Assembly: GCA_019421005.1 (NCBI GenBank)
Contig: JAHZGA010000001.1
Location: forward strand, 38,265-102,264
Direction of reading: 5' to 3'
Length of the DNA stretch: 64,000 nt
Source: a bacterium
GTDB taxonomy: Bacteria; Bacillota_I; Bacilli_A; RF39; UBA660
Shown here: positions 52,867 through 62,819 of the stretch, piece by piece
Layout: every line of letters begins with the position of its first letter
Numbering within the stretch: position 1 is the stretch's first letter
Program-made: the position numbers and the translations under genes
Notes under the pieces: model-generated
Database searches by the model: none
What the model was told of the DNA's origin: nothing
Seen by the model: only the letters and a program-made list of their open reading frames with translations

Positions 52867-54320
52867 AAAAACTAGGAATAATAACATTAATAATTATAGG
52901 TAGTATTTCAATTTTCCTATTTGGATTTAATCATAAATCTCCTAAAAAACCTGAAACTTATTATCAAGTGTACTTAAATAAAAAAATGCTTGGTACTATT
53001 AACTCTAAAGAAGAATTAGAAAAATATATTGATTCTCAAGGAAATCATATAAAAAGAAAATTTAAAGTTGATAAAGTTTATGCTCCTGATGGATTAGAAA
53101 TAAAAAAGATAACAACTTATAATAAAAAAGTTAATAGTGTAGCTGCAATTTATAATTTAATTCAAAAAGAAGAACCTTTTACTATAAAAGGTTATCAATT
53201 TTCAATAAATAAAGACGATAAACATCAAGTTATTTATACTTTAAATAAAAAAATATTTGATGATGCGGTTGAAGAAGTAATTAAAATTTTTGTTGGTGAA
53301 GAAGAATACCAAAATTATAAAAATAATACCCAGAGTAAAATAGAAGAAACAGGAATTGAGATTCAAAATGTTTATGTTGATGAAGATATAACAATTAAAG
53401 AAAAGAAAATATCTGTTGAAAATAAAATTTATGATAATTCAAGTGATTTAGCTCAATTCTTGTTATTTGGTGGCGAAACTAAAAAAACTTCTTATACTGT
53501 TAGAGATGGAGATAATATAGAACAAATTGCTTTTAATAATAAAATAAGTGTTGAAGAATTTTTAATTTCTAATAAAAACATCAACAGTGCGAATGATTTA
53601 TTATTTTCAGGTCAACAAGTAACAATCATGCAAACTAATCCTCAAATAAACGTTATTGTTGAAGAATATGTAGTTAAAGATGTTGTTAGTAAATATCGAA
53701 TTGAAGAACAATTTGATAGTTCTAAACTAGAGGGTGATGACGAAGTTATCCAAAAAGGAACTGATGGATTAGAAAGAGTATCACAAAATGTTAAAAAAGC
53801 AAATCGGGAAATTTTATATGTCGATCCTGTAAGTAAAGAAGAATTAAAACCAACCGTTAATGAAATTGTCGTTCGTGGTAGTAAAATTATACCAAGTGTT
53901 GGAAGCTTAAATAATTGGGGTTGGCCAACTAATAGTGGTTATACTATTTCATCTGATTATGGTTATCGTATAGATCCAATTAGAAATTCACGTTTACTAC
54001 ATGATGGATTAGATATTTCAGGTACAGGATATGGATCACCTGTTTATGCAGCCAACAATGGAGTAATAGTTGAATTAGGATATCATTATATGAATGGAAA
54101 TTATATAACTATAAATCATAATAATGGATACTACACTATCTATGCTCATTTATCAGGATTTAATACAACTATGGGTTCAACAGTTGCCAAAGGTCAAGTT
54201 ATAGGTTATGTTGGAAGTACAGGTTACTCAACTGGTCCACATTTACATTTTGGTGTAGCTACTGATGGTATACCTTATGTTGGTGGAACATTAATTAGTC
54301 CATGGAGCTTATATAATTGA
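52863..54320 (+). CDS. Membrane-anchored M23-family peptidoglycan endopeptidase with a LysM domain
   Basis: N-terminal TM, a LysM segment (YTVRDGDNIEQIAF..), and an M23 domain (HDGLD, HLHFGV). Confidence 0.75.
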   Translation: MKKLGIITLIIIGSISIFLFGFNHKSPKKPETYYQVYLNKKMLGTINSKEELEKYIDSQGNHIKRKFKVDKVYAPDGLEIKKITTYNKKVNSVAAIYNLIQKEEPFTIKGYQFSINKDDKHQVIYTLNKKIFDDAVEEVIKIFVGEEEYQNYKNNTQSKIEETGIEIQNVYVDEDITIKEKKISVENKIYDNSSDLAQFLLFGGETKKTSYTVRDGDNIEQIAFNNKISVEEFLISNKNINSANDLLFSGQQVTIMQTNPQINVIVEEYVVKDVVSKYRIEEQFDSSKLEGDDEVIQKGTDGLERVSQNVKKANREILYVDPVSKEELKPTVNEIVVRGSKIIPSVGSLNNWGWPTNSGYTISSDYGYRIDPIRNSRLLHDGLDISGTGYGSPVYAANNGVIVELGYHYMNGNYITINHNNGYYTIYAHLSGFNTTMGSTVAKGQVIGYVGSTGYSTGPHLHFGVATDGIPYVGGTLISPWSLYN

Positions 54321-55069
54321 AAGTCTGTGTTTTAGCAAGTGGTAGTAAAGGTAATGCGACTTATGTAGCAACCAATACTACCAAGCTATTAATTGACCTT
54401 GGAATTAGCTGTTTAAATACTGAAAAAAAATTATATGATATAGATGTTGATCCTCATAAAATAAATGCAATTTTAATAACCCATACTCATGTAGATCATG
54501 TTAATGGGTTAAGAGTATTTATAAAAAAATATAATCCTGTTATTTATTTAACATCTTTAATGTATGAAGAATTAAGTCAAAATTTTGAAATTAATAATTA
54601 TGTATTATTAGATAAAGAAATATTGATAGGTAATATTAAAGTTGAAATAATTAAAACTTCTCATGATACAAATGATTCTAATGGATATATCTTAAGTAAT
54701 GATAATTCCTCTTTAGTATATGTAACAGATACTGGATATATAAATAAAAAATATTATGAACAAATGTCTAATAAAAGTTTATATATTATGGAAAGTAACC
54801 ATGATGTTGATATGCTTATGAATTGTAGTTATCCATATCCAATTAAACAAAGAATTTTAGGCGATAAGGGACACTTATCTAATAAAGATTGTGCCTATTA
54901 TTTGAAAAAATTAACTGGTGATAATACTAAGTATATTGTTCTTGCTCATTTAAGTGAGGAAAATAATAATTCTTCTTTAGCGTTTGAAACAACTAAAAAT
55001 AAAATAAAAGTTGATATTAAAGTAATTGTTGCTAAACAAAATGAAAGAACAGAGTTGATTGAAATATGA
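54317..55069 (+). CDS. MBL-fold metallo-hydrolase (YycJ/WalJ-like)
   Basis: Motifs THTHVDHVNG and ..D.G. TTG start overlapping the previous stop codon. Confidence 0.7.
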   Translation: MKVCVLASGSKGNATYVATNTTKLLIDLGISCLNTEKKLYDIDVDPHKINAILITHTHVDHVNGLRVFIKKYNPVIYLTSLMYEELSQNFEINNYVLLDKEILIGNIKVEIIKTSHDTNDSNGYILSNDNSSLVYVTDTGYINKKYYEQMSNKSLYIMESNHDVDMLMNCSYPYPIKQRILGDKGHLSNKDCAYYLKKLTGDNTKYIVLAHLSEENNNSSLAFETTKNKIKVDIKVIVAKQNERTELIEI

Positions 55070-55512
55070 TAACTATTATCTGTGTAGGTAAAATAAAAGA
55101 AAAATATTTCTCTGATGCTATATTAGAATATTCTAAAAGAATAAGTAAGTATCATAAAATTAAAATAATAGAGGTAAACGATTATGAAGGCCCTAGGGCT
55201 TTAATAAAGGAAGAAGAGGAAATAAAAAAACATTTAAAACCAAAAGATTTTGTAATAACTTTGGAAATAGAAGGTCAGAAATTAACTTCATTAGAGCTAT
55301 CTAAAAAAATAGAAAAATTATTTATAAGTCATAGTAACCTAGTTTTTATAATAGGAGGTTCTTATGGAATTAGCCCAAATATTAAGGAAATTAGTAATTA
55401 TGCTTTATCATTTTCTGATTTAACTTTTCCTCATCAACTTTTTAGAGTGATTTTACTAGAACAAATTTATAGAGCATTTTCCATTATTAATAACGAAAAA
55501 TATCATAAATGA
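55066..55512 (+). CDS. rlmH: 23S rRNA (pseudouridine1915-N3)-methyltransferase RlmH
   Basis: SPOUT fold of about 148 aa with IGGSYG, in the yydA position after yycJ. Confidence 0.85.
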   Translation: MITIICVGKIKEKYFSDAILEYSKRISKYHKIKIIEVNDYEGPRALIKEEEEIKKHLKPKDFVITLEIEGQKLTSLELSKKIEKLFISHSNLVFIIGGSYGISPNIKEISNYALSFSDLTFPHQLFRVILLEQIYRAFSIINNEKYHK

Positions 55513-55525
55513 ATAAAAATAAATA

Positions 55526-55558
55526 AAAACGTCCACTATTTATTAGGAGGCGTTTTTA
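55526..55558 (+). terminator. Hairpin after rlmH that contains the spoIIR Shine-Dalgarno sequence
   Basis: AAAACGTCC-(11 nt)-GGAGGCGTTTT. The 3' arm is the GGAGG RBS for the ATG at 55560. Confidence 0.4.
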
Positions 55559-55559
55559 T

Positions 55560-56087
55560 ATGAAAAAAATTATATTTATTATACTATTTATATTGTTATT
55601 CATAATAGCTGGAAATATAGGAGAAGCTAAAGTAATAATACCAAATGAATCAATTAGATTAAGAGTAATACCTAATAGTAATAATGAAGAAGATCAAAAA
55701 GTGAAATTGAAACTTAAAAATGAATTACAAAATAGTGTTACTAATATTATTAAAGATGCCAATGATATTAATGAAGCTGAAAAATTAATTAATGATAATT
55801 TAGATGAAATTAATAAACAAATTCAAAAATTTTTATTAAATGAAAAAAGTGATTTAAATTATAAAATAAATTTTGGTTATAATTATTTTCCTAAAAAAGT
55901 TTATAACAATGTTACTTATAATGAAGGATATTATGAATCTTTAGTAGTAACTTTAGGAAAGGGTCAAGGAGATAATTGGTGGTGTGTTTTATTTCCACCA
56001 TTATGTTTAATGGAAGCAGAAGAAAGTGATACAGTAGAATATACATCTATAATTAAAGAAATTATTGATAAATATAAAAAAAGTTAG
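55560..56087 (+). CDS. spoIIR: Stage II sporulation protein R (SpoIIR)
   Basis: Signal peptide followed by IRLRVIPNSNNEEDQ (cf. IRLRILANSDSDQDQ) and GDNWWCVLFPPLC, which is conserved in SpoIIR. Confidence 0.75.
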   Translation: MKKIIFIILFILLFIIAGNIGEAKVIIPNESIRLRVIPNSNNEEDQKVKLKLKNELQNSVTNIIKDANDINEAEKLINDNLDEINKQIQKFLLNEKSDLNYKINFGYNYFPKKVYNNVTYNEGYYESLVVTLGKGQGDNWWCVLFPPLCLMEAEESDTVEYTSIIKEIIDKYKKS

Positions 56088-56098
56088 AAAATCTAACT

Positions 56099-57841
56099 TT
56101 ATTCAACTTTAGTATTACCTGAATATTCAGCATTAGGTAAGTTTTTATTAGTAGTCCATTTCCAATCACTATAATTAGTAACTTGTTTTGAATCATTATA
56201 TCTTTCTTGAACAAAACTAGCTTGAGTAGAATTTAAATCACTACATTTAGCAGTTGCTAGACTACCTAAAGCGTAATAACTAACAGTAAATCTTAAAGGC
56301 ATAGTGGCAGCTGAAATTTTATTATTATAATAATAACTATAAACACCAGAATTATTATAACTAACAGAATAATTAAACTCATATCCGTTACTAATAGTTG
56401 AACTTTTATGTCCACCACTTACACTTACAGAATAAATATAACTATTAGGGGTTGCATAACCACTTTTGAAATACCAATCATTACAAGAACTAGTCGTGCT
56501 ATAAGGGTTACTAGGCCAGTAAACTCTGCCATTTTTCTTTTGGGTACAATAAGCAGAATAATCAACATAATCCTTACCACCGATAGCAGATATAGTTAAT
56601 CCGGAAATATTATTACTTTCAAGTTTAATACCTAAACTATTGGTAAGATTACCTTTAACAGAATAATCATAAGGAACTAAAGCATAGTAGTTCGCACTTA
56701 TATATCTAGCATCATAAAACTTACACATTTCAGTTGTAACAGTTGTAACATTTTTAGTACGATATTGATAATAAGTTGTTCTATTATTTGGAGTTTTATT
56801 AGGTGTATCTACTTTAACTTCATTAACTGAAACTTTTATAGTTGTTGATTTACCGCTTCCATCAGTAGCAACAGCCTTAATTGTAGTAGAACCTTTAGCT
56901 TTACCAGTTACAACACCATTATTATCAACAGTTGCAATTTTAGTATCATTTGAACTCCATTTAATTTCTTTATTAGTTGCATCACTAGGAGAAGCAGTGA
57001 CATCTAATTGTTTAGAATCACCTACATTTAAAGAAATATTATCTTCTTTAGGACTTAATGATGTAATATAAATATTTTTAGTAGAAACCTTAACTTTAAC
57101 TTCAATTTTATTTTTACCATCACTAACAACAACAGTTGTTGAACCAGCTTTTTTACCAGTTAAGGAATTATTTTTAATTTCAATAACATCTTTATCTTTG
57201 ATATCATAAGTTAAATTTTCATAGCAAGCTTGATTATCACCAATACCTAAATCAAAATCAATTGTTTTATTCAACTTAACACTATATTCTTTATCAGCAT
57301 TTTCTTTATTTAAACGGTTACATACAATAATTTTAGAAGAACTTTTAGCTTTACCAGCTTTGATATCTAAAGTTGTTTCCCCTGCCATAGTAGGAATAAT
57401 TGTATTATAAACTTTCTTACCTTTTGTTGTTGGATATTTAACATATGCTATATTATCATCTTTAACTTTGAATTTATATTTAACATTCTTATTAGGATCT
57501 TCAGTAGGTGTTATAGCAAACTTATAATTTTCATCAACATATAAAACTGGAATTTTATTCATTTTAAATCCTTTTAATCTACCAGCTGTACAAGCACTTA
57601 TTATAAGAATAAAAATAACAATTAAAACAATAATAACACCAGCAATTACTATATAGCGTACCCATTTGTTTTTAAAAAATGGTTGATTACTTTCATAATT
57701 TGATTCTTCAACAACAGGATTATTATCATCATTTTTTTCTTCGGTGTTAACTTCTTCTTCAGAATCATCTTCAACAACAATAACATCGTCATTTTCTAAA
57801 TTTTCATTATCAACGGGTTTATTTGTATCTTTTAAAATCAT
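56099..57841 (-). CDS. Surface protein with an N-terminal acidic segment, a TM anchor, Big_2 (bacterial Ig-like) domains and a Tyr/Ser/Asn-rich C-terminal region
   Basis: Start at MILKDT behind a GGGAGG RBS. The TM is WVRYIVIAGVIIVLIVIFILII. Two Big_2 signatures are present (..TGKKAGSTTVVV.., ..TGKAKGSTTIKAVATDGSGKS..). Confidence 0.6.
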   Translation of the reverse strand: MILKDTNKPVDNENLENDDVIVVEDDSEEEVNTEEKNDDNNPVVEESNYESNQPFFKNKWVRYIVIAGVIIVLIVIFILIISACTAGRLKGFKMNKIPVLYVDENYKFAITPTEDPNKNVKYKFKVKDDNIAYVKYPTTKGKKVYNTIIPTMAGETTLDIKAGKAKSSSKIIVCNRLNKENADKEYSVKLNKTIDFDLGIGDNQACYENLTYDIKDKDVIEIKNNSLTGKKAGSTTVVVSDGKNKIEVKVKVSTKNIYITSLSPKEDNISLNVGDSKQLDVTASPSDATNKEIKWSSNDTKIATVDNNGVVTGKAKGSTTIKAVATDGSGKSTTIKVSVNEVKVDTPNKTPNNRTTYYQYRTKNVTTVTTEMCKFYDARYISANYYALVPYDYSVKGNLTNSLGIKLESNNISGLTISAIGGKDYVDYSAYCTQKKNGRVYWPSNPYSTTSSCNDWYFKSGYATPNSYIYSVSVSGGHKSSTISNGYEFNYSVSYNNSGVYSYYYNNKISAATMPLRFTVSYYALGSLATAKCSDLNSTQASFVQERYNDSKQVTNYSDWKWTTNKNLPNAEYSGNTKVE

Positions 57842-57953
57842 AAAGTAACCTCCCTTCTTCAACTATTAATATTATAACAGTTTCCTAGCAAAATAACAAT
57901 TATTATATGGTAAAATTATTTATATATTGTTAAAAATTAAAAAAAATAGTATA

Positions 57954-59603
57954 ATGATAAGGAAAGAAAGTGATAAATTGAAAACAAATTCGTTTATAGA
58001 AGGAGCTTTTATAGCAACTCTTTGTATTATTATAAGTAAAATTTTAGGAATAATTTATGTTATTCCTTTTTATGCAATTATTGGTGAAAAAGGTGGAGCC
58101 TTATATGGTTATGCTTATAGTTTATATACTATTTTTCTAGCTATTTCAACTGTTGGATTACCTTTAGCAGTTAGTAAAATTGTTAGTGAGTATAACACAT
58201 TAGGATATTATCAAGCTAAAAAAAGAGTTTATAATATAGCTGTTAAAATAATTTTATTTATGTCAATTATTTCCTTTTTATTGTTATTTATAGGTGCTCC
58301 CTTATTAGCGCAAGCGATAATGGGGAATGTAACAGGAGGAAATAGTAAAGAAGATATTACTTTAGTTTTACGAGTTTCTTCTTTAGCAATTATTTTTGTA
58401 GCCCACTTAAGTGTTTTAAGAGGATATTTACAAGGACATAAATTTATATCAGTTTCATCTATAAGTCAAGTTGTTGAACAGTTTGCTAGAGTTATTTTAA
58501 TTATTTTTGGTAGTTTTATAGCTTTAAAAATACTTCATTTAGATTTACCAATTGCAGTTTCAGTTGCTGTTTTTGGAGCGACTGCAGGGGCAATTGCTGC
58601 AATTATTTATTTAAAATTTAAAATGAATAAAGATAAAATGGATGAAAAAAGTTCTAAAGATGAAGTAGAAATAACTAATAAAGATATTGTAAAAAAATTA
58701 GTTCAATATGCTTTACCTTTAATTGTTATTAGTATTGTAACATCTTCATATGAAATAGTTGATACAATGACAATTGTCAAAACATTAGTTAATCAAGCAA
58801 GTTTTACAGCTAAAGAAGCTGAATCTGTTATAAGTGTTATTTCAACATGGGGATCAAAATTTAACATGATAGTTACATCAGTTGCAACAGGGATTATTGT
58901 AAGTTTAATTCCTAATATAACTAGTAGTAATGTTAAAAAAGATAATAAAGATGTTGCTAATAAAATCAATCAAACAATTCAAATAATTTTATTAGTCGCA
59001 CTTCCAATGACAGTAGGAATTAGTTTTCTAGCAACACCAATCTGGGGAATTTTTTATGGCTATTCATCAGTTGGTCCAACTGTTATAAAATTTTCAATTT
59101 TTACAGCTTTTACAGCTTGTTTATCAACTTCAATGATAATGACATCACAAGCTTTAAATGAATATAAACTAGTTTTTACAAGTTTAATAAGTGGAATTAT
59201 TTTAAAAATATGTTTAAATGTTCCATTAATGATAATGTTTTATAAAATCGAAATATATCCTTATTATGGAGCAATATTATCAACAATAATTGGTTCACTA
59301 GTAGTAACTATAATTAATTTAATATGGTTAAATAAAACAAGAAAAATAAATTATTATAGTACCTTAAAACAATTTGGTAAAGTTTTAATCTGTTTAACAT
59401 TCATGCTTGTAGTTATGTTTATATTAACTATGTTTATTCCATTAGATATAAAAAATAGATTAGTTTCTATGGGAGTAATTATTGTATATACTCTAATGGG
59501 AATGATATCATATTTATTCTTGGCACATAAACTTAATTTAATTAAAGAAACATTTGAAAATAATATTTATCAAAAAATTCCTTTTATAAAAAAATATTTA
59601 TAA
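57954..59603 (+). CDS. MOP-superfamily flippase (MurJ/SpoVB/YabM-like polysaccharide or lipid II flippase)
   Basis: About 14 TM helices with the family pattern. Start is at ATG 57954 or TTG 57978. Confidence 0.7.
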   Translation: MIRKESDKLKTNSFIEGAFIATLCIIISKILGIIYVIPFYAIIGEKGGALYGYAYSLYTIFLAISTVGLPLAVSKIVSEYNTLGYYQAKKRVYNIAVKIILFMSIISFLLLFIGAPLLAQAIMGNVTGGNSKEDITLVLRVSSLAIIFVAHLSVLRGYLQGHKFISVSSISQVVEQFARVILIIFGSFIALKILHLDLPIAVSVAVFGATAGAIAAIIYLKFKMNKDKMDEKSSKDEVEITNKDIVKKLVQYALPLIVISIVTSSYEIVDTMTIVKTLVNQASFTAKEAESVISVISTWGSKFNMIVTSVATGIIVSLIPNITSSNVKKDNKDVANKINQTIQIILLVALPMTVGISFLATPIWGIFYGYSSVGPTVIKFSIFTAFTACLSTSMIMTSQALNEYKLVFTSLISGIILKICLNVPLMIMFYKIEIYPYYGAILSTIIGSLVVTIINLIWLNKTRKINYYSTLKQFGKVLICLTFMLVVMFILTMFIPLDIKNRLVSMGVIIVYTLMGMISYLFLAHKLNLIKETFENNIYQKIPFIKKYL

Positions 59604-59644
59604 TAAAAAAGCTTCCAATTAATATTATTTAATAGGAGGCTTTT

Positions 59645-60175
59645 ATGGTTATATTGGTTACAATTTTAATTGCTATTAGTTTAAGTATGGATGCTTTTTC
59701 CCTTGCTATTGCATATGGAACACTTAATTTAAATAAAAAAGATATTAATGTTTTATCACTTATAGTGGGAATATATCATTTTATCATGCCACTTATTGGA
59801 ATGTTTATTGGTAATTTCTTAATAAAATATATGCCAATAAATATTGATCAATTAACTTTTTTAGTTTTATTTATAATTGGAATACAGATGATTTTAGAAA
59901 GTTTTAAAAATAGTGAAAATGTTAAAAAAATGAATTTAATTGAAATGATAATTTTTGGTCTAGCTGTAAGTTTGGATAGTTTTTCAGTAGGAATAGGCTT
60001 AAAAAGTATTAACTATAATTATATTTTATCCGCACTTATATTTTCATTTACTTCTTTTATTTTCACATATCTAGGATTATTATTTGGTAAAAAAATAAAC
60101 GAGTTAATTGGGAAAATATCAACATTATTTGGAGGAATAACATTAATAATTATAGGAATTTGCTTTCTATTTTAA
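59645..60175 (+). CDS. mntP: MntP/YtaF-family (DUF204) manganese efflux-type membrane protein
   Basis: Two DUF204 half-repeats (..SLSMDAFS.. and ..SLDSFSVG..) across six TM helices. Confidence 0.6.
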   Translation: MVILVTILIAISLSMDAFSLAIAYGTLNLNKKDINVLSLIVGIYHFIMPLIGMFIGNFLIKYMPINIDQLTFLVLFIIGIQMILESFKNSENVKKMNLIEMIIFGLAVSLDSFSVGIGLKSINYNYILSALIFSFTSFIFTYLGLLFGKKINELIGKISTLFGGITLIIIGICFLF

Positions 60176-60230
60176 CAACAAAACTTGTTTTTTTTTTCTA
60201 AAAATATTATAATTATATTGGGAGATAGAA

Positions 60231-60647
60231 ATGGTTAAAGATAATTTATATATAACTTGGTTTTTTATGTTAATTGTAGGTTTATTAGTATCAAATTTAT
60301 TTTTTCATATGTATAAAAATAATAAAGAAATTTTAAAATCAGCTGATAAAATTAATTCAACAATTATTGAAAAGAAAGTATCAAATAAAAAAGTTATTCC
60401 TATATATATTTATGATGTTAAATTTGAGGTTTCTAAACAGAGTTATCATGGACAAATTAAAAGTATTTTTAAATATGATGATATTTTACCAGTTTTTTAT
60501 GATAAAAAAAATCCAAGTTGGATTATGGAATTTAAAGGTAATAGTAGACATTTATATATATTTTTAATTTCATTGCTTTTTCCATTATATCCTTTATTTC
60601 ATATAATTATAAATATATTTAGAAAGAGGGAAGAAAATGTTAGTTAA
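60231..60647 (+). CDS. Hypothetical membrane protein (TM - beta-rich segment - TM; DUF3592-like)
   Basis: GGGAG RBS. Hydrophobic N- and C-terminal helices flank a soluble segment. Confidence 0.4.
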   Translation: MVKDNLYITWFFMLIVGLLVSNLFFHMYKNNKEILKSADKINSTIIEKKVSNKKVIPIYIYDVKFEVSKQSYHGQIKSIFKYDDILPVFYDKKNPSWIMEFKGNSRHLYIFLISLLFPLYPLFHIIINIFRKREENVS

Positions 60648-61482
60648 TATGGAAGAAATGTTAAATAAAGCTAAAGAAGGATATTATGCAGTTCCCCATT
60701 TTAATATTAATAATTTAGAATGGATTAGGTTTATTTTAGAAGAGTGTGAAGAAAATAAAAGTCCTGTTATATTAGGTGTAAGTGAAGGTGCAGCAAAATA
60801 TATGGGCGGGTATAAAACCGTTTATGCTATGGTTAAAAATTTAATGGATTATTTAAATATAACAATCCCAGTTGCTTTGCATCTTGATCATGGAAGAACT
60901 GTTTTAGCCTGTAAAAATGCGATTGAAGCAGGTTTTACGTCAGTTATGATAGATGGTTCTAGATATGATTTAAAAACTAATATTGATATGGTTAATGAAG
61001 TTACATCTTTTATAACTAATCAGTCTGTTGAAGCCGAAGTAGGACATATTGGTGGTGAGGAAGATGGTGTTTCTGACGAACTAGCATATGCATCAGTTTC
61101 TGATTGTGTTGATTTAGTTAAAAGCACGAATATTACTTGTCTAGCTCCAGCATTAGGAAGTGTACATGGTATTTATAAAGGTGAACCTAAATTTGATTTT
61201 GAAAGAATGGAAGAAATTAAACAAAAAACTAATTTACCTTTAGTGTTACATGGTGGTTCAGGAATACCTGATGATATGATAAAAGAGGCAATTAAACGTG
61301 GTATTTCTAAAATAAATGTTAATACAGAATTTCAAATAGCTTGGTCAAAAGGCGTTAGGGAATTTTTGAATAATAATGAACAAGTTTATGATCCACGAAA
61401 AATAATTACAGGTGGCGAGTGTGCCATGAAAGAAGAAATAAAGAAAAAAATTGTTTTATTTGGTAGTCAAAATAAAGCTTAA
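60637..61482 (+). CDS. fba: Class II fructose-1,6-bisphosphate aldolase
   Basis: About 60% identical by eye to B. subtilis FbaA (..SPVILGVSEGAAKYMGG.., HLDHG, CLAPALGSVHG.YKGEP). Confidence 0.9.
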   Translation: MLVNMEEMLNKAKEGYYAVPHFNINNLEWIRFILEECEENKSPVILGVSEGAAKYMGGYKTVYAMVKNLMDYLNITIPVALHLDHGRTVLACKNAIEAGFTSVMIDGSRYDLKTNIDMVNEVTSFITNQSVEAEVGHIGGEEDGVSDELAYASVSDCVDLVKSTNITCLAPALGSVHGIYKGEPKFDFERMEEIKQKTNLPLVLHGGSGIPDDMIKEAIKRGISKINVNTEFQIAWSKGVREFLNNNEQVYDPRKIITGGECAMKEEIKKKIVLFGSQNKA

Positions 61483-61523
61483 CATAATTGGTTAAATGTA
61501 ATATATTATAGTGGAGGTAAGTT

Positions 61524-62780
61524 ATGAAGCAAATGAAAATTGTCGGTGGGAATGATTTAACAGGTACAGTAAAAATAAGTGGGGCCAAGAATAGTGCGGT
61601 TGCCCTTATTCCAGCTGCCCTATTAAGTAGTGGAAGTGTTAAAATAAAAAACATTCCTAATATTTCAGACATTGATGCTTTAATAGATATATTAAATTAC
61701 TTAAATATTGAGGTTGAGGTAGCTGATGAAACTTTAATTATCAATAGTTCTAAATTAATCAATAAAGAAATACCTTTAGAATTGTCTAATAAATTACGAG
61801 CATCATATTATTTTATGGGTGCCTTACTAGGAAGATGTAAAAAAGTTTCAATATATTTTCCTGGTGGATGTCCAATTGGTAAAAGACCTATTAATTTACA
61901 TTTAAAGGGTTTTGAAGCCTTGGGCGCGAGAGTAATAGAAAAGGATAATCTTTATATTATTGAAGCTAATGAATTAAAAGGAAATAAAATTCATTTAGAT
62001 GTTGCAAGTGTAGGAGCGACTATCAATATTATGTTAGCAGCTGTTTATGCGAAAGGAAAAACGGTTATTGAGAATGCAGCTAAAGAACCAGAAATTGTTA
62101 ATGTTGCTGCTTTATTAAACAGTATGGGGGCTAAAGTAAGTGGTGCGGGTAGTGATACAATAACTATTATTGGTGTTGAAAATTTAACTGATGGACTAGT
62201 TAAGGTTATACCAGATAGAATTGAAGCAGGAACATATATAATTTTAGGCTCCCTATTAGGTAATAAGTTGAAGGTAGAAAATATTATTATAAAACATTTG
62301 GAAGCATTAATTTTAAAATTAAAAGAAATGGAAATTCCTATGGATATTAAAGATGATTATATAGTTATTTCTAAAAATGATAATGCGAAAAGTATTGATA
62401 TAAAGACTTCTCCTTATCCTGGATTTCCTACAGATTTACAACAGCCATTGACAACTTTGTTAACTAGTTGTAATGGAATTTCAACTTTAGAAGAAACCAT
62501 TTATGAAAATCGTTTTCAAAATATTAAATATTTAAATGAAATGGGGGCTTCTATTAAAGTTGATGGTAATAAGTTATTCATTAATGCTCCAACTGATTTA
62601 AATGGTAAAACAGTTAAAGCTACAGATTTAAGAGCAGGAGCATGTTTAATTTTAGCCGGTTTGAAAGCTAGAGGTATAACTATTATTGAAGATATAGAAC
62701 ATGTTTTAAGAGGATATGAAAAAATTGATGAAAAACTAATTGATATTGGTGCTAAAATAGAAATAAGTGATTATAATTAA
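61524..62780 (+). CDS. murA: UDP-N-acetylglucosamine 1-carboxyvinyltransferase
   Basis: KISGAKNSAV..., the active-site Cys in GGCPIGKRPI, and EPSP-synthase-like folds. The fba-murA pairing is as in Bacillus. Confidence 0.9.
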   Translation: MKQMKIVGGNDLTGTVKISGAKNSAVALIPAALLSSGSVKIKNIPNISDIDALIDILNYLNIEVEVADETLIINSSKLINKEIPLELSNKLRASYYFMGALLGRCKKVSIYFPGGCPIGKRPINLHLKGFEALGARVIEKDNLYIIEANELKGNKIHLDVASVGATINIMLAAVYAKGKTVIENAAKEPEIVNVAALLNSMGAKVSGAGSDTITIIGVENLTDGLVKVIPDRIEAGTYIILGSLLGNKLKVENIIIKHLEALILKLKEMEIPMDIKDDYIVISKNDNAKSIDIKTSPYPGFPTDLQQPLTTLLTSCNGISTLEETIYENRFQNIKYLNEMGASIKVDGNKLFINAPTDLNGKTVKATDLRAGACLILAGLKARGITIIEDIEHVLRGYEKIDEKLIDIGAKIEISDYN

Positions 62781-62819
62781 ATAGAGTATAAACTCTATTT
62801 TTTTAAAGGGGACTTATAA

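Noticed and set aside
55460-55560. Sigma-F/G forespore promoter for spoIIR.
   Set aside because: I could not find a convincing GYATA-N15-GGnnAnAnTA arrangement by eye. It is left uncalled.
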